The notes: generated by a model from the letters alone, not told the origin. A stretch of 64,000 nucleotides of DNA from Candidatus Moranbacteria bacterium GW2011_GWE2_35_2- (GCA_000990585.1 LBQD01000002.1:56016-120015), one strand, 5' to 3'; counted from the first letter of the stretch, positions 1 to 9,866 are shown. Made by a program: numbers and translations.

Positions 1-1196
1 CCCAATCCCCATCCAATCGCTCTTCCTGGCACTTTCCTAAATTTATTTCCTACACCTTTTGCAAATGAGGTGATTTTTCCTGCTCCATATATTCCCATAC
101 TTCCCGCCATTAAGATACTTATCCACATAATTATCATTGGAATAATCAATGAGGCTGCTGTTGCCATGAAATCAGAACTCCCTGGAACTTCATAATTCTC
201 AGAAAATCTTTTCAAACTATCTCCACCTATTATATTTTCCCCGCCTATTCCCGATTCCATTAACCTTAGTGCCAGTAAATACATAAACATCATTACCGGA
301 CCAACAAGCGCGTAATTAAATAGATAATCCCACCATTTCCCTAATTTAGAGAAGCTGGGGAAAATCGGACCTACAAATCCCAGAGGTGCAAAAATAACAA
401 TCATCGCCAATGCAATAATTCTTACAAGAAAAATTCCTGCCAATGCAATCATTGTCACTGCCATCAGAAATGAAAAAACAATCAACATAAGTAATTTTAC
501 TGTAAGATTGGCATCACCACTAACACTCTCTTTTCCATCAGGAATAACCAAATTAACCAAATTAGATTTATTTAAAAAATGTGAAGAAATACTACTACTA
601 GTGTAATCATATCCCGGAAAAGCTTGTTCAACAAAAAAATACATCGTTACATTTGTCGTATCGATAATAAACCGTGCCACTGGAAAACTGAAATTTACCA
701 AAAGCGCCATCAAAACCACCATTAAAAGAATATTTTTTTTCATCAAGTGGTATTTATCTATTTGAAAAATTGTAGCAAAAGCACTAAAAAGTAATACTAA
801 GATAAAACTCAAATTTAAAAAATCACGTACAATTGTCCATCCAGCATAAACAGAATCGCTTCCTACAATACCATTTATATTAACCGGATTAATTGACCAA
901 TCAAATAACATTCCTGCAATCCAAATAAAAAAACTAACAAGAAGCCAAATTCCATATAACAAATAATTAAAAACTAATAATAATCCGTTTTTTGCTATAT
1001 CCCCGGTAGTTTCTAATACAAGATCAGCAGGACTCTTGAAATTATTAAGAAAATCAAGAGGAGCAGCACTAGTGTTATTAAAAATATTCCCATTAATATT
1101 ACAAGATAAACTAAATATAAAAAAACTAAAAATAAAAACTAAAAATATTTTTGCGATATTTTTCTTTCTTTTATTATTTATTATTTTTTGTTTCAT
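1..1196 (-). CDS. Large membrane protein, partial (C-terminus lies beyond window start). The N-terminus has a basic/hydrophobic signal-like segment (MKQKIINNKKRKK...FLVFIFSFFIF) and multiple predicted TM helices.
   Basis: The reverse-strand frame is open from the window edge up to ATG at 1194-1196, with an in-frame upstream stop at 1209-1211. Translation is hydrophobic-rich. The forward ORF 1036..1257 overlaps it and is probably spurious. Confidence 0.55.
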   Translation of the reverse strand, partial: MKQKIINNKRKKNIAKIFLVFIFSFFIFSLSCNINGNIFNNTSAAPLDFLNNFKSPADLVLETTGDIAKNGLLLVFNYLLYGIWLLVSFFIWIAGMLFDWSINPVNINGIVGSDSVYAGWTIVRDFLNLSFILVLLFSAFATIFQIDKYHLMKKNILLMVVLMALLVNFSFPVARFIIDTTNVTMYFFVEQAFPGYDYTSSSISSHFLNKSNLVNLVIPDGKESVSGDANLTVKLLMLIVFSFLMAVTMIALAGIFLVRIIALAMIVIFAPLGFVGPIFPSFSKLGKWWDYLFNYALVGPVMMFMYLLALRLMESGIGGENIIGGDSLKRFSENYEVPGSSDFMATAASLIIPMIIMWISILMAGSMGIYGAGKITSFAKGVGNKFRKVPGRAIGWGL

Positions 1197-1640
1197 CTTT
1201 ATATTATATCAAAACAAGAATATATTTTCTCTTTTTAAAATTATAACAGATTTTTAAAATTAAACAAAATTAAAATTTATAAATTTAATTATGTATTCTT
1301 ATGATAACTTTTTTAATAAAACAAACCCGGCTCAATAAGAGTATTTAATAGAAGAATTAATATATTTAATTTATTAGTATATATTATTAAGAGATGGTTT
1401 TGTGTTAATAAGTATATAAATATAAAGAGTAAAAAGAAAAAAAGCTGGAATAAGTTGTGGATAAAAGGTAAATAAAGTGAATAATAAACCGTGAGGATAA
1501 AAGTGTATAAATAAGGATAAAAGGAATATTATTATTTTTTTTTTAAAAAACAAATAAAATATTAACAAAAATAAAAATGGATATCCACAAGGATATTAAC
1601 AGTTAAACAAAGCATTTTAACAACTTATACACAGAAAAAC

Positions 1641-1668
1641 AAAAAACCTAGTTTAGACTAGGTTTTTT
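1641..1668. terminator. Bidirectional intrinsic terminator hairpin (cctagtttagactagg) flanked by an A-run and a T-run
   Basis: Perfect inverted repeat with AAAAAA upstream and TTTTTT downstream, sitting immediately 3' of the minus-strand LysM/CHAP gene. Confidence 0.6.
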
Positions 1669-1680
1669 GTGGGCAGTTTT

Positions 1681-2853
1681 TTAATAAATATAACCCTTGA
1701 TAACTCGATTGGAAGTAGAAATAGTTCGTGAGCTTTTTTTCCCCCAGCCTTTATAATTCATTTCTGAAACAGTAATTGTATTTTTTCCTACACTTTCCAC
1801 GATAGCAACATGTCCCCACCAAGATTCAGAAGAAACCATAATAGCTCCTTTTTCCGGTTTTTTTCCGGTTTTATATCCCATAATTTTTGCTTGATATAAC
1901 CATGTTCCAGCATTTCCACCCCATGGGATAAAACGCCTTTGTGCAACATACCATGTGCAATAGCCATAGGGAAATATGTGTCCAGTTCCAGCTTTTCCTT
2001 CTAATTTTTTCCATCCGGAAGTGGTTGGTGTTCCACCGGAAGGGGTTGCATATTGACGACGCTCTACAACAATAGTATTTGTGTTTTGATTTTGTGCGGG
2101 AATTTCTTTTTGTCCCCCGGGAATAACAATTTCTTGTTTTTCTTTTAATTCTCCATTGGCGGGTAAATCATTAAAAGAAATTATTTTATTTTTATCCGCT
2201 TCATATTCCTTAGCGATAGAGTCAATAGTATCTCCATTTTTTACAATATGAGTTAATCCAGCAATAGGAAGGATAAATATTTGATCTCCTGGCATAATTG
2301 AATCAATATCTTCAATATCATTTGCCCATAGGATTGTGTTGATGGTAATTTTATTTTTTTGAGCTATTGAACTTAATGTGTCGCCATCTTTTACGGTATA
2401 AATTTTAACGCCGCCATTTTCTTCTGGATCTTTGAGTGTCGGACTAGATTCAGCCATAAGAACTTGATCTTGAGCAGAAGATAGTAATTTGGATTCTTCT
2501 TCTTTAGGGTTTGGATTTATTGAAGTACTTGCCATTGCCAGAGGAACTAAAACAAGGTCGTTTTTGCGCATTTCTTGACCACTAAAGAGGGTTTTTGGAG
2601 TGGTGTTGGAATTATTATTTCTCCAATATCCAAACAGAAATCCTCCCGATTTTCCTTCTGCTGCCAGATTGGTGGATATTACTAAAACGGCACTGGAAAT
2701 CACAATCACTAGAGCAGAATAGTTTCGTAGCATATGAAGAATTGAAACAGTTCGATGTCTTTTGATGAAGTTAGCAATATTTTGTTGTTTTTTATATAAT
2801 TTTTCTTGTATTTTCTTTGAATGCAATCCTTTCAGTTGACTAAAAATAAACAA
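1681..2853 (-). CDS. Cell-wall hydrolase with two LysM repeats and a C-terminal CHAP (Cys/His amidohydrolase/peptidase) domain, plus an N-terminal TM anchor
   Basis: LysM-like segments (GDTLSSIAQKNKITINTILWANDI..., VKNGDTIDSIAKEYEADKNKIISFNDL...). CHAP signature with catalytic Cys in GYCTWYVAQRR and His in WWGHVAIVESV. Confidence 0.75.
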   Translation of the reverse strand: MFIFSQLKGLHSKKIQEKLYKKQQNIANFIKRHRTVSILHMLRNYSALVIVISSAVLVISTNLAAEGKSGGFLFGYWRNNNSNTTPKTLFSGQEMRKNDLVLVPLAMASTSINPNPKEEESKLLSSAQDQVLMAESSPTLKDPEENGGVKIYTVKDGDTLSSIAQKNKITINTILWANDIEDIDSIMPGDQIFILPIAGLTHIVKNGDTIDSIAKEYEADKNKIISFNDLPANGELKEKQEIVIPGGQKEIPAQNQNTNTIVVERRQYATPSGGTPTTSGWKKLEGKAGTGHIFPYGYCTWYVAQRRFIPWGGNAGTWLYQAKIMGYKTGKKPEKGAIMVSSESWWGHVAIVESVGKNTITVSEMNYKGWGKKSSRTISTSNRVIKGYIY

Positions 2854-3121
2854 TAGTTGCTTACTAATAGGTTTAATTCCTTCTATATGGTTTTATTGTT
2901 AGATTGTTTGACAACAGAAAATAACTCACAGTCAAATGAATCATCCAATAAAACCCTAATAATTATTCTTGCATTCAAGTATAATCAGATAATGCGTAAA
3001 TGTCAATAAAGAAAACGGAAGTTATTAACAGGTTAAAAAATAGCTTGTTAGGGCTATTTTTTAAAGGTTTTTTACTTTATAATTCAAATAAGATAAAATA
3101 AGTAAGAAGAATGTAAAAAAT

Positions 3122-4024
3122 ATGAAATTGGAAGATGTGCTTTTGGACTATTTGGAATATTTGGAAATTGAGCTTAATCGTTCCGAAAAAACAGTAGAAA
3201 ACTACCGGCATTATTTGGAACGTTTTTTTGCGTGGTCCAATATATGCCAGCCGAAACAAATTACTATGGAATTAGTAAGAAAATATAGGCTTTATCTTAA
3301 TCGTTTAGAGGATAAGAAGGGTAATACATTAAAAAGAATAACTCAAAATTATCATATTATTGCTTTGCGAAATTTTCTTAAATATTTGGCAAAAAAAGAT
3401 ATTTCTTCGCTTTCGGCGGAAAAATTGGAGGTGGGTAGGAATCCAGAGAGGGAAGTTGATTTTCTTTCGGGCGAAGAAATGAGTCGAATTCTCGGAGGTG
3501 CTTCTGGTGAGGATTTAAAAACACTCAGAGATCGCAGCATTTTAGAACTTTTGTTTTCGGCAGGACTTCGCGTAAGTGAGCTTGTAAGTGTTAATCGTGA
3601 TCAATTGAATCTTAAAACTCAAGAATTCAGTGTGCGCGGAAAAGGCTCGAAGGTGAGAATTGTATTTATTTCCGATACCGCTAAATTTTTTTTGCAAAAA
3701 TATTTAAATAAAAGAGTAGACATTGATCAAGCTTTGTTTATTCGAATTGTAAAAAATTGGCAAAATAAGGATGATCTGCGTTTAACTTCACGCAGTATTC
3801 AGCGAATAGTAAAATATTATGCACATAAAGCCGGGATTGTGAAAGATGTTCATCCACATACCCTGCGCCACAGTTTCGCGACTGATTTACTCAGCAACGG
3901 CGCGGATATTCGCTCCGTCCAAGCAATGCTCGGCCACTCCTCAATCACCACTACGCAGATTTATACACATGTTACTAACAAACAATTAAAAGATATCCAC
4001 AAGAAGTTTCATCGAAAGAAATAA
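3122..4024 (+). CDS. xerC: Tyrosine site-specific recombinase XerC/XerD family
   Basis: C-terminal catalytic region HTLRHSFATDLLSNGADIRSVQAMLGHSSITTTQIYTHV (R..H..R..Y motif pattern), with an N-terminal SAM-like core-binding domain. Confidence 0.85.
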   Translation: MKLEDVLLDYLEYLEIELNRSEKTVENYRHYLERFFAWSNICQPKQITMELVRKYRLYLNRLEDKKGNTLKRITQNYHIIALRNFLKYLAKKDISSLSAEKLEVGRNPEREVDFLSGEEMSRILGGASGEDLKTLRDRSILELLFSAGLRVSELVSVNRDQLNLKTQEFSVRGKGSKVRIVFISDTAKFFLQKYLNKRVDIDQALFIRIVKNWQNKDDLRLTSRSIQRIVKYYAHKAGIVKDVHPHTLRHSFATDLLSNGADIRSVQAMLGHSSITTTQIYTHVTNKQLKDIHKKFHRKK

Positions 4025-4100
4025 TTTTTGCATAATATTTTTTTAATTTATAAAAACAGGATATTCCTGTTTTTAGTTATTTAAAAGTCATTGTGTTAAA

Positions 4101-6341
4101 ATGGTAATTATGAATGAATTATTAAAAGAACTTAATTCGGCGCAAAGGGAGGCTGTTCAGGCGACAGAAGGCCCAGTTTTGGTTATTGCTGGGGCTGGAT
4201 CCGGGAAAACACGAGTATTGACTCATCGGGTGGCTTATTTGATTTCAGAAAAAGGTGTGAAGGCGCAAAACATTTTGGCGGTGACTTTTACCAACAAAGC
4301 AGCACAGGAAATGAAAGAGCGAATATCGCAGTTAATAACCAGCAATAATTTGCCAAATGTCGGTACTTTTCACAGTATTTGCGTAAAAATTTTGCGCCGG
4401 GAGATTGACAAATTGGGATACAAAAAGTCCTTTAATATTTTTGATGATCAAGATCAAAAGGTTTTGATGAAAAAAATTGTCAAGGAATTGGAAATTAACA
4501 CTGAACAATTTATTCCCAATTCATTTTTGGGAATAATTAGTAAGGCAAAAAACGAACTTAGAGATGAATATGTTTTTGAGTCTCAAATTGGAGGTTATTA
4601 TGAGGAAATTGTGGCAAAAGTGTATAAGAAATATCAAAAAGAACTTCGGGAAAATAATGCACTGGATTTTGATGATTTGATTCGACTGACAATCGAAATT
4701 TTTCAAAAATTTCCTGATATATTGGAAAAATACCAAAGACTTTTTCAATATATTTTGGTTGATGAGTATCAGGACACCAATCATGCTCAATATACTTTCG
4801 TGAGACTGCTTGCGCAAAAACATTGTAATTTGTGTGTTGTTGGGGATGATTGGCAGTCAATTTACGGTTGGCGACAAGCGGATATTCGTAATATTTTGAA
4901 TTTCGAAAAAGATTATCCGGAAGCAAAAGTGATTAAATTGGAACAAAATTATCGTAGTACACAGATAATTTTAGATGCCGCTTACGGAGTGATTTCTCAA
5001 AATGTCAATCGTAAGGATAAAAAAGTATGGACTGAGAATAAAGGCGGACATTTAATAACATCATTTGAGGCAGAGGATGAACGCGAAGAGGCGGAATATG
5101 TGGCTAACGAAATTAAAAATTTTATTAGTAATCCGCCAGTCGGCGGACAATTTTCAATCCGCCAGTCGGCGGACAATTTCCAAAAAAATTCAAATAATAA
5201 AATTCGAAACTTCAAGCATCAAGAGGTATATAATTATTCTTCTTTTGCGGTTCTTTATCGCACTAACGCGCAATCACGCGCTATCGAAGAATCTTTCTTA
5301 AGAAATAACATCCCTTATCGAATTATTGGCGGCTTGAAATTTTATCAAAGAAAAGAAATCAAAGATATGATTGCCTATTTGCGCTTGATTCAAAATGGCG
5401 CTGACTATATTTCTCTGGAAAGAGTAATTAATGAGCCCAAAAGAGGTATTGGAAAGGCGACTCTGAGTAAGTGGATCGCATATGCTAAAAAGAATGGAAA
5501 GAATTTCATTTCTGTTGGATTAAATCTTAATAAAGATTGCGGATTAAATGACAGTAAAATCGAATCGATTACAAAATTTTGTGAGTTTATCGAAAGAATG
5601 CGCGAATATAAAGGAAAAATAAAAATAGCTGATTTTATCGAGAAAGTATTTATTGAAAGCGGATATGAAAAAAGCTTGTCAAATTTGGGTAGCGATGGGG
5701 AAATAAGAATTGAAAATATTCGCGAATTATTAAGTGTAGCGGGAAAATACGGACAAGAATTAACCGAACAAATGTTGGAATTATTCTTAGAAGAAGTTGC
5801 TCTAGCTTCGGATACTGACAAAATTGAGCAGAGAGAAAATTCGGTACATTTAATGACGTTGCACAGCGCTAAGGGATTGGAATTTCCAGTAGTTTTTATT
5901 GTTGGACTGGAAGAAGGAATCTTGCCACATTCTCGCAGTATGCTCGGTGGAGAAGAAATGGAAGAAGAGCGACGCTTGATGTATGTGGGAATTACCAGGG
6001 CAATGCAGAGAGTTTATCTGATTTTTACACATATTCGTATGATTTTTGGATCAAATCAAGCCAATCCACCCTCTCGATTTCTTAATGATATACCAGCATA
6101 TCTTGTGAATAATAATCAAGATATAATAATTGACAGTAAAAAAAATAATCTTGAAAGTCAGGAAAATGATGATATTAAAAAACAACAATCCGTGGGCTAT
6201 AAAGATGGACAAAGAGTAAAGCACAAAGAATTTGGCGAAGGAGTGATCATCTCTATTAGTGGAGATACTGCAACGGTTGTTTTTCCGAAGCGAGGAATTA
6301 AAAGACTCCCTCTTTTAAGTACACCTTTATCGAAAATGTGA
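4101..6341 (+). CDS. uvrD: ATP-dependent DNA helicase UvrD/PcrA family (superfamily 1)
   Basis: Walker A AGAGSGKTRVLTHR, motif II VDEYQDTN, motif IV VLYRTNAQSR, motif VI LMTLHSAKGLEFPVVF. Carries an internal 26-bp tandem duplication at 5130-5181. Confidence 0.9.
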   Translation: MVIMNELLKELNSAQREAVQATEGPVLVIAGAGSGKTRVLTHRVAYLISEKGVKAQNILAVTFTNKAAQEMKERISQLITSNNLPNVGTFHSICVKILRREIDKLGYKKSFNIFDDQDQKVLMKKIVKELEINTEQFIPNSFLGIISKAKNELRDEYVFESQIGGYYEEIVAKVYKKYQKELRENNALDFDDLIRLTIEIFQKFPDILEKYQRLFQYILVDEYQDTNHAQYTFVRLLAQKHCNLCVVGDDWQSIYGWRQADIRNILNFEKDYPEAKVIKLEQNYRSTQIILDAAYGVISQNVNRKDKKVWTENKGGHLITSFEAEDEREEAEYVANEIKNFISNPPVGGQFSIRQSADNFQKNSNNKIRNFKHQEVYNYSSFAVLYRTNAQSRAIEESFLRNNIPYRIIGGLKFYQRKEIKDMIAYLRLIQNGADYISLERVINEPKRGIGKATLSKWIAYAKKNGKNFISVGLNLNKDCGLNDSKIESITKFCEFIERMREYKGKIKIADFIEKVFIESGYEKSLSNLGSDGEIRIENIRELLSVAGKYGQELTEQMLELFLEEVALASDTDKIEQRENSVHLMTLHSAKGLEFPVVFIVGLEEGILPHSRSMLGGEEMEEERRLMYVGITRAMQRVYLIFTHIRMIFGSNQANPPSRFLNDIPAYLVNNNQDIIIDSKKNNLESQENDDIKKQQSVGYKDGQRVKHKEFGEGVIISISGDTATVVFPKRGIKRLPLLSTPLSKM

Positions 6342-6407
6342 ACAACTTAAAAAATCGCTATACGTAGAGGTTTTTGAAATGTGTATTGAAAACTTAGATC
6401 AAATAGG

Positions 6408-6845
6408 TCAAATAGTTTTGGACATCTCGATAATTCCTTGCATCTTGAATCCTTGTTTTTCCCAAAAATCTTTCGCCATAGATTGACGATGAGAGATGAG
6501 ATGAAAATTTTTTATGTCCTTATTTCGTGCAATTTTTTCAGTTTCACGAAAAAGTGCTGTTCCTACTCCATTTTTTCTTAAAGACGGGTCAACTACTATA
6601 TATTCGATGATTAAATGATTCCCGTCTTCCCATGGTTGGATTCGAGAAAAAATAAAACCAATATTTTTTTCATCTTCAGTTGCGATAAAGCAAAATCCTT
6701 TTCCGTTATTGAAAATTTCCACTAATTCTCCTTTTGCAGTTTCCTGATTCCATTTTTCATTATATGGAGCGTTTGTCATTACCTCCAAAAAAAGATTAAT
6801 GATACTATTTATGTCTTTATCGGTTTCAATTTTTTTGATTTGCAT
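6408..6845 (-). CDS. GNAT family N-acetyltransferase
   Basis: Acetyl-CoA binding motif region IVVDPSLRKNGVGTALF (R/Q-x-x-G-x-G/A); size 145 aa. Confidence 0.7.
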   Translation of the reverse strand: MQIKKIETDKDINSIINLFLEVMTNAPYNEKWNQETAKGELVEIFNNGKGFCFIATEDEKNIGFIFSRIQPWEDGNHLIIEYIVVDPSLRKNGVGTALFRETEKIARNKDIKNFHLISHRQSMAKDFWEKQGFKMQGIIEMSKTI

Positions 6846-7012
6846 AAGGTTTTTTAGTAAGCTTAGTAAATAATGATTATATTATAGCACAAATATAGAT
6901 AGCTTATGATATTATAAAATAAAAATAACAATATGTCAAGTATGCTTGGTATTTTTTACTCCCCCTCCCGAGCTATTTTTAATGCAAGTGTGATTATTAA
7001 AATAAACCATTA

Positions 7013-7714
7013 TTGTTCCACGTGGAACAATAATTACACAAAAACAATTTCTCGGAGTCATTTTTTATACTTGAATAGTTTAAATACAGATAAATGCTTA
7101 TTTTTATTAAATAAGAGGGTTAATTAATCTGAAAATATTTTAAAATTTTCTGCTATTTTTAGTATTATAGGTATTTCTGTTTAATTAATTGTTCCACGTG
7201 GAACAATATTGAAAATTACGCATTCGTATAGTAGCAGTATTTTTTTAAAAAACAATTGAGCCTCTTAGAATTTAATTGTTCCACGTGGAACAAGTTCAAT
7301 TCCGTTATAATTTTTCACGGAAAAATGAAAAATATTAATTTGTTAAGTAAAAAATAAAGCTGTTTATTTATATTTAATAAAAAAGCTTATTTTTTAATGT
7401 AAAAAACATTTAATATAGGAGTGGTAATAAATAAGAAGTTATTGTTCCACGTGGAACAATTTATAATAACAATATTTACAAAAAACAAACCTTATTGTAA
7501 ATATCTGTGTTGGTATGATAAAAATTAAATAATGTTAATTAGTTTAATATGCAATAATTCACTTTTTTCGGCCTAATGAATGTTTTTTAAATTTATAAAA
7601 TAAATTATTTTTTGTTTATAAATTTACAAAAGAGATTTTTTTGATAATAATTACGAGGCATATTTATAATTTAATATATTTTTTACTTCTATTGGATTGT
7701 TCCACGTGGAACAA
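7013..7714. repeat. Five dispersed perfect copies of the 18-bp palindrome TTGTTCCACGTGGAACAA (7013-7030, 7189-7206, 7276-7293, 7442-7459, 7697-7714) inside a ~1.1-kb AT-rich non-coding region
   Basis: Exact repeats read directly from the sequence. Spacers are irregular (86-254 bp) and not conserved, so this is not CRISPR-like. Confidence 0.9.
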
Positions 7715-7755
7715 TTTTTTAGAAAAATATTTTTTTAAAAATGAGATGAAAAAGG

Positions 7756-7825
7756 TTGATAACTTTTAGAAATATTTTAAATAAAGGGTTTTTGTTGATA
7801 AAAACTGTGGATAACTTGTGGAATA
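7756..7825. promoter_or_regulatory. Cluster of DnaA-box-like 9-mers (perfect TGTGGATAA at 7806-7814; near-matches at 7756-7764 and 7817-7825)
   Basis: Matches the reverse complement of the consensus TTATCCACA, adjacent to AT-rich DNA and the palindrome array. Confidence 0.4.
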
Positions 7826-7836
7826 AAATATTATAT

Positions 7837-7865
7837 TTGACAAAATGTATAATATATATTATAAT
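7837..7865 (+). promoter_or_regulatory. Sigma70-like promoter (TTGACA, 17-bp spacer, TATAAT) upstream of tRNA-Ala
   Basis: Consensus -35 at 7837-7842 and -10 at 7860-7865 with 17-bp spacing. Confidence 0.35.
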
Positions 7866-7967
7866 ATAAAGAAATAGATACCACAACGGATAAATCAAAA
7901 AAGTGTTTTTTGAATTTTTTGTTGACGGTTTGCTTTAATTTGTTTATGATTGATTTGCTGAAAATAA

Positions 7968-8040
7968 GGGCCATTAGCTCAATTGGTAGAGCGCTTCCAT
8001 GGCATGGAAGAGGTAGCCGGTTCGAATCCGGCATGGTCCA
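7968..8040 (+). tRNA. tRNA-Ala (anticodon GGC)
   Basis: Hand-folded cloverleaf: acceptor GGGCCAT with G3:U70 Ala identity pair; anticodon loop AT-GGC-AT; T-arm GGTTCGAATCC. Confidence 0.8.
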
Positions 8041-8159
8041 CTGCATTTAAAATAAGTTTAATTTTTTTTTATGCAGCGGCCACTCTTTGTGGTTTTTTGT
8101 TTATTTAAAACTATGATTGTGGTATTGTATAAAGAGGCGGTGCATAATTTTTTTGGTAA

Positions 8160-8231
8160 GCTCTCGTAGTTCAGTGGATAGAACAAGGGACTCCTAAGCC
8201 TTAGACGCAGGTTCAACTCCTGCCGAGAGCA
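8160..8231 (+). tRNA. tRNA-Arg (anticodon CCT)
   Basis: Acceptor GCTCTCG/CGAGAGC; D-stem GTTC/GAAC; anticodon loop CT-CCT-AA; T-arm GCAGG TTCAACT CCTGC. Confidence 0.7.
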
Positions 8232-8243
8232 CTGTTTAATTTT

Positions 8244-9743
8244 ATGATTAAAAAAATTCCAAAACAAGTAGTTGAGGTGTTGGAAAAAATTAAAAATGCT
8301 GGATTTGAGGCATATGTTGTCGGTGGATGTGTGCGTGATTTGATTATGGATAGGCTACCTAAGGATTGGGATGTGGCGACTAACGCTAAGCCGGAAGAAA
8401 TTCTAGCTATTTTCGGAGAGGAAAACGCTTTTTATGAGAATGATTTCGGAACAGTGGGAGTAAAAATCAGGAATCAAGAATCAGGAATCAAGAATCAAGA
8501 AGAAAAGAAAGAAATTGTGGAGGTGACGACCTATCGAATTGAAAGTAAATATTCCGATCGGAGAAGACCGGACGAGGTGAAATTCGCCAAAACGCTGGAA
8601 GAAGATTTGAGTCGGCGGGATTTTACGGTAAATGCGATTGCCCTGCGAGTTACGGACTTCACAAAATTGCAAACGGGAGCGGATGGATATGAAATTATTG
8701 ATTTATTCGGAGGACGGAAAGATATTAAAGATAGGATTATTCGAGCGGTAGGTGATGCAAGTAAAAGATTTGATGAGGATGCTCTGCGGATGATGCGGGC
8801 GGTGCGCTTCCACGCGCAATTGGGGTTTGATATTGAGAAAAAAACTTTCAAAGCGATCAAAGAAAACGCTTTTTTAATGAAACATATTTCCGCGGAAAGA
8901 ATAAAAGATGAATTTTCTAAAATAATTTTGTCAAGTAATCCGGCGGAAGGAGTGGATATGCTTCACGAAATCGGGCTTTTGAATTTTGTGATTCCGGAAT
9001 TGGAAAATGGGGTGAATGTGGGACAAAACCGCCATCATATCCATACGATATACAAACATAATTTGCTGGCGCTCAAGTTTTGTCCGTCGGAAAAATTGGA
9101 AGTGCGTCTGGCGGCGCTACTTCACGACATCGCCAAACCTCAAACCAAAAGAGGCGAGGGGTATTATTCAACTTTCTATAATCACGACCATGTGGGCGCG
9201 CGCGTGGCAAAAAAGATTTTGCAGCGGCTCAAGTTTTCCAATGAAATCATCAACAAAGTTGTGCTGTTAGTGGATAACCACATGTTTTATTACAATCCTG
9301 AAGAAGTCGGGGAGGCTTCAGTGCGCCGTTTGATTCGCAAAGTAGGATTGGAAAATATGAAAGATTTAATGGATGTGCGGATCGCCGACCGACTGGGAAG
9401 CGGAACACCGAAAGCTAAACCATACAAATTGCGCCATTTGGAATATTTAATCGACAAGGTTTCCAAAGATGCGGTATCGGTAAAAATGCTGAAAATCGGC
9501 GGCAATGATCTGATCAATGAATTGAAACTTGCCCCCGGTCCGAAAATCGGAGCGATTCTGGATGTACTTTTGGCAGAGGTGATTGAAGACGCAAAAAAGA
9601 ATAATCACCAGTATTTGCTCAAAAAAGCGACGGAACTTGACAAGGAAGATCTGTCAAAATTGCGGGAGATGGCAAAAGAAAAAATAGAAGAGAAAAAAGA
9701 GGAGGATGATAAAGAGTTGAAGGGGAGGCATTGGGTGAAATGA
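8244..9743 (+). CDS. cca: CCA-adding enzyme / tRNA nucleotidyltransferase (polymerase beta superfamily head plus HD domain)
   Basis: GGCVRDLIMDRLPKDWDVAT and RDFTVNAIA nucleotidyltransferase motifs; HD motif LLHDIAKP. Low-complexity insert coded by (CAGGAATCAAGAAT) repeats at 8468-8500. Confidence 0.85.
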   Translation: MIKKIPKQVVEVLEKIKNAGFEAYVVGGCVRDLIMDRLPKDWDVATNAKPEEILAIFGEENAFYENDFGTVGVKIRNQESGIKNQEEKKEIVEVTTYRIESKYSDRRRPDEVKFAKTLEEDLSRRDFTVNAIALRVTDFTKLQTGADGYEIIDLFGGRKDIKDRIIRAVGDASKRFDEDALRMMRAVRFHAQLGFDIEKKTFKAIKENAFLMKHISAERIKDEFSKIILSSNPAEGVDMLHEIGLLNFVIPELENGVNVGQNRHHIHTIYKHNLLALKFCPSEKLEVRLAALLHDIAKPQTKRGEGYYSTFYNHDHVGARVAKKILQRLKFSNEIINKVVLLVDNHMFYYNPEEVGEASVRRLIRKVGLENMKDLMDVRIADRLGSGTPKAKPYKLRHLEYLIDKVSKDAVSVKMLKIGGNDLINELKLAPGPKIGAILDVLLAEVIEDAKKNNHQYLLKKATELDKEDLSKLREMAKEKIEEKKEEDDKELKGRHWVK

Positions 9744-9816
9744 TTGTAAGATATATAGCATGGAACACGAAATATGGAATTTAAAGAAAAAAATGCATTA
9801 AAATAAAACAATTTTT

Positions 9817-9855
9817 AAAAAACCGGCTAATCTCGATGGATTCGCCGGTTTTTTA
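9817..9855. terminator. Bidirectional intrinsic terminator (aaccggc...gccggtt stem with flanking A/T runs)
   Basis: Inverted repeat with T-run, between convergent cca (+) and the 9867..10157 (-) gene. Confidence 0.6.
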
Positions 9856-9866
9856 TAGGAGGTTGA

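Noticed and set aside
1036-1257. 73-aa plus-strand ORF in AT-rich DNA
   Set aside because: It lies entirely inside the opposite-strand frame, which stays open from the window edge to ATG 1194-1196. Its composition is homopolymer-driven (K/F/I/L), so it is probably spurious.
6850-7900. Considered whether the five identical 18-bp repeats form a CRISPR array
   Set aside because: The repeats are perfect palindromes of only 18 bp, separated by 86-254 bp of unequal, AT-rich spacers, with no cas genes nearby. This does not fit CRISPR geometry.
7831-8267. Two minus-strand ORFs (71 and 69 aa) overlapping tRNA-Ala and tRNA-Arg
   Set aside because: They are antisense to well-folding tRNA genes, hence spurious.
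8468-8500. CAGGAATCAAGAAT tandem repeats inside cca, considered as a possible assembly artefact or mobile repeat
   Set aside because: It is in frame and encodes a short polar linker (NQESGIKNQEE) between conserved NTase blocks. This is most simply a low-complexity loop expansion.
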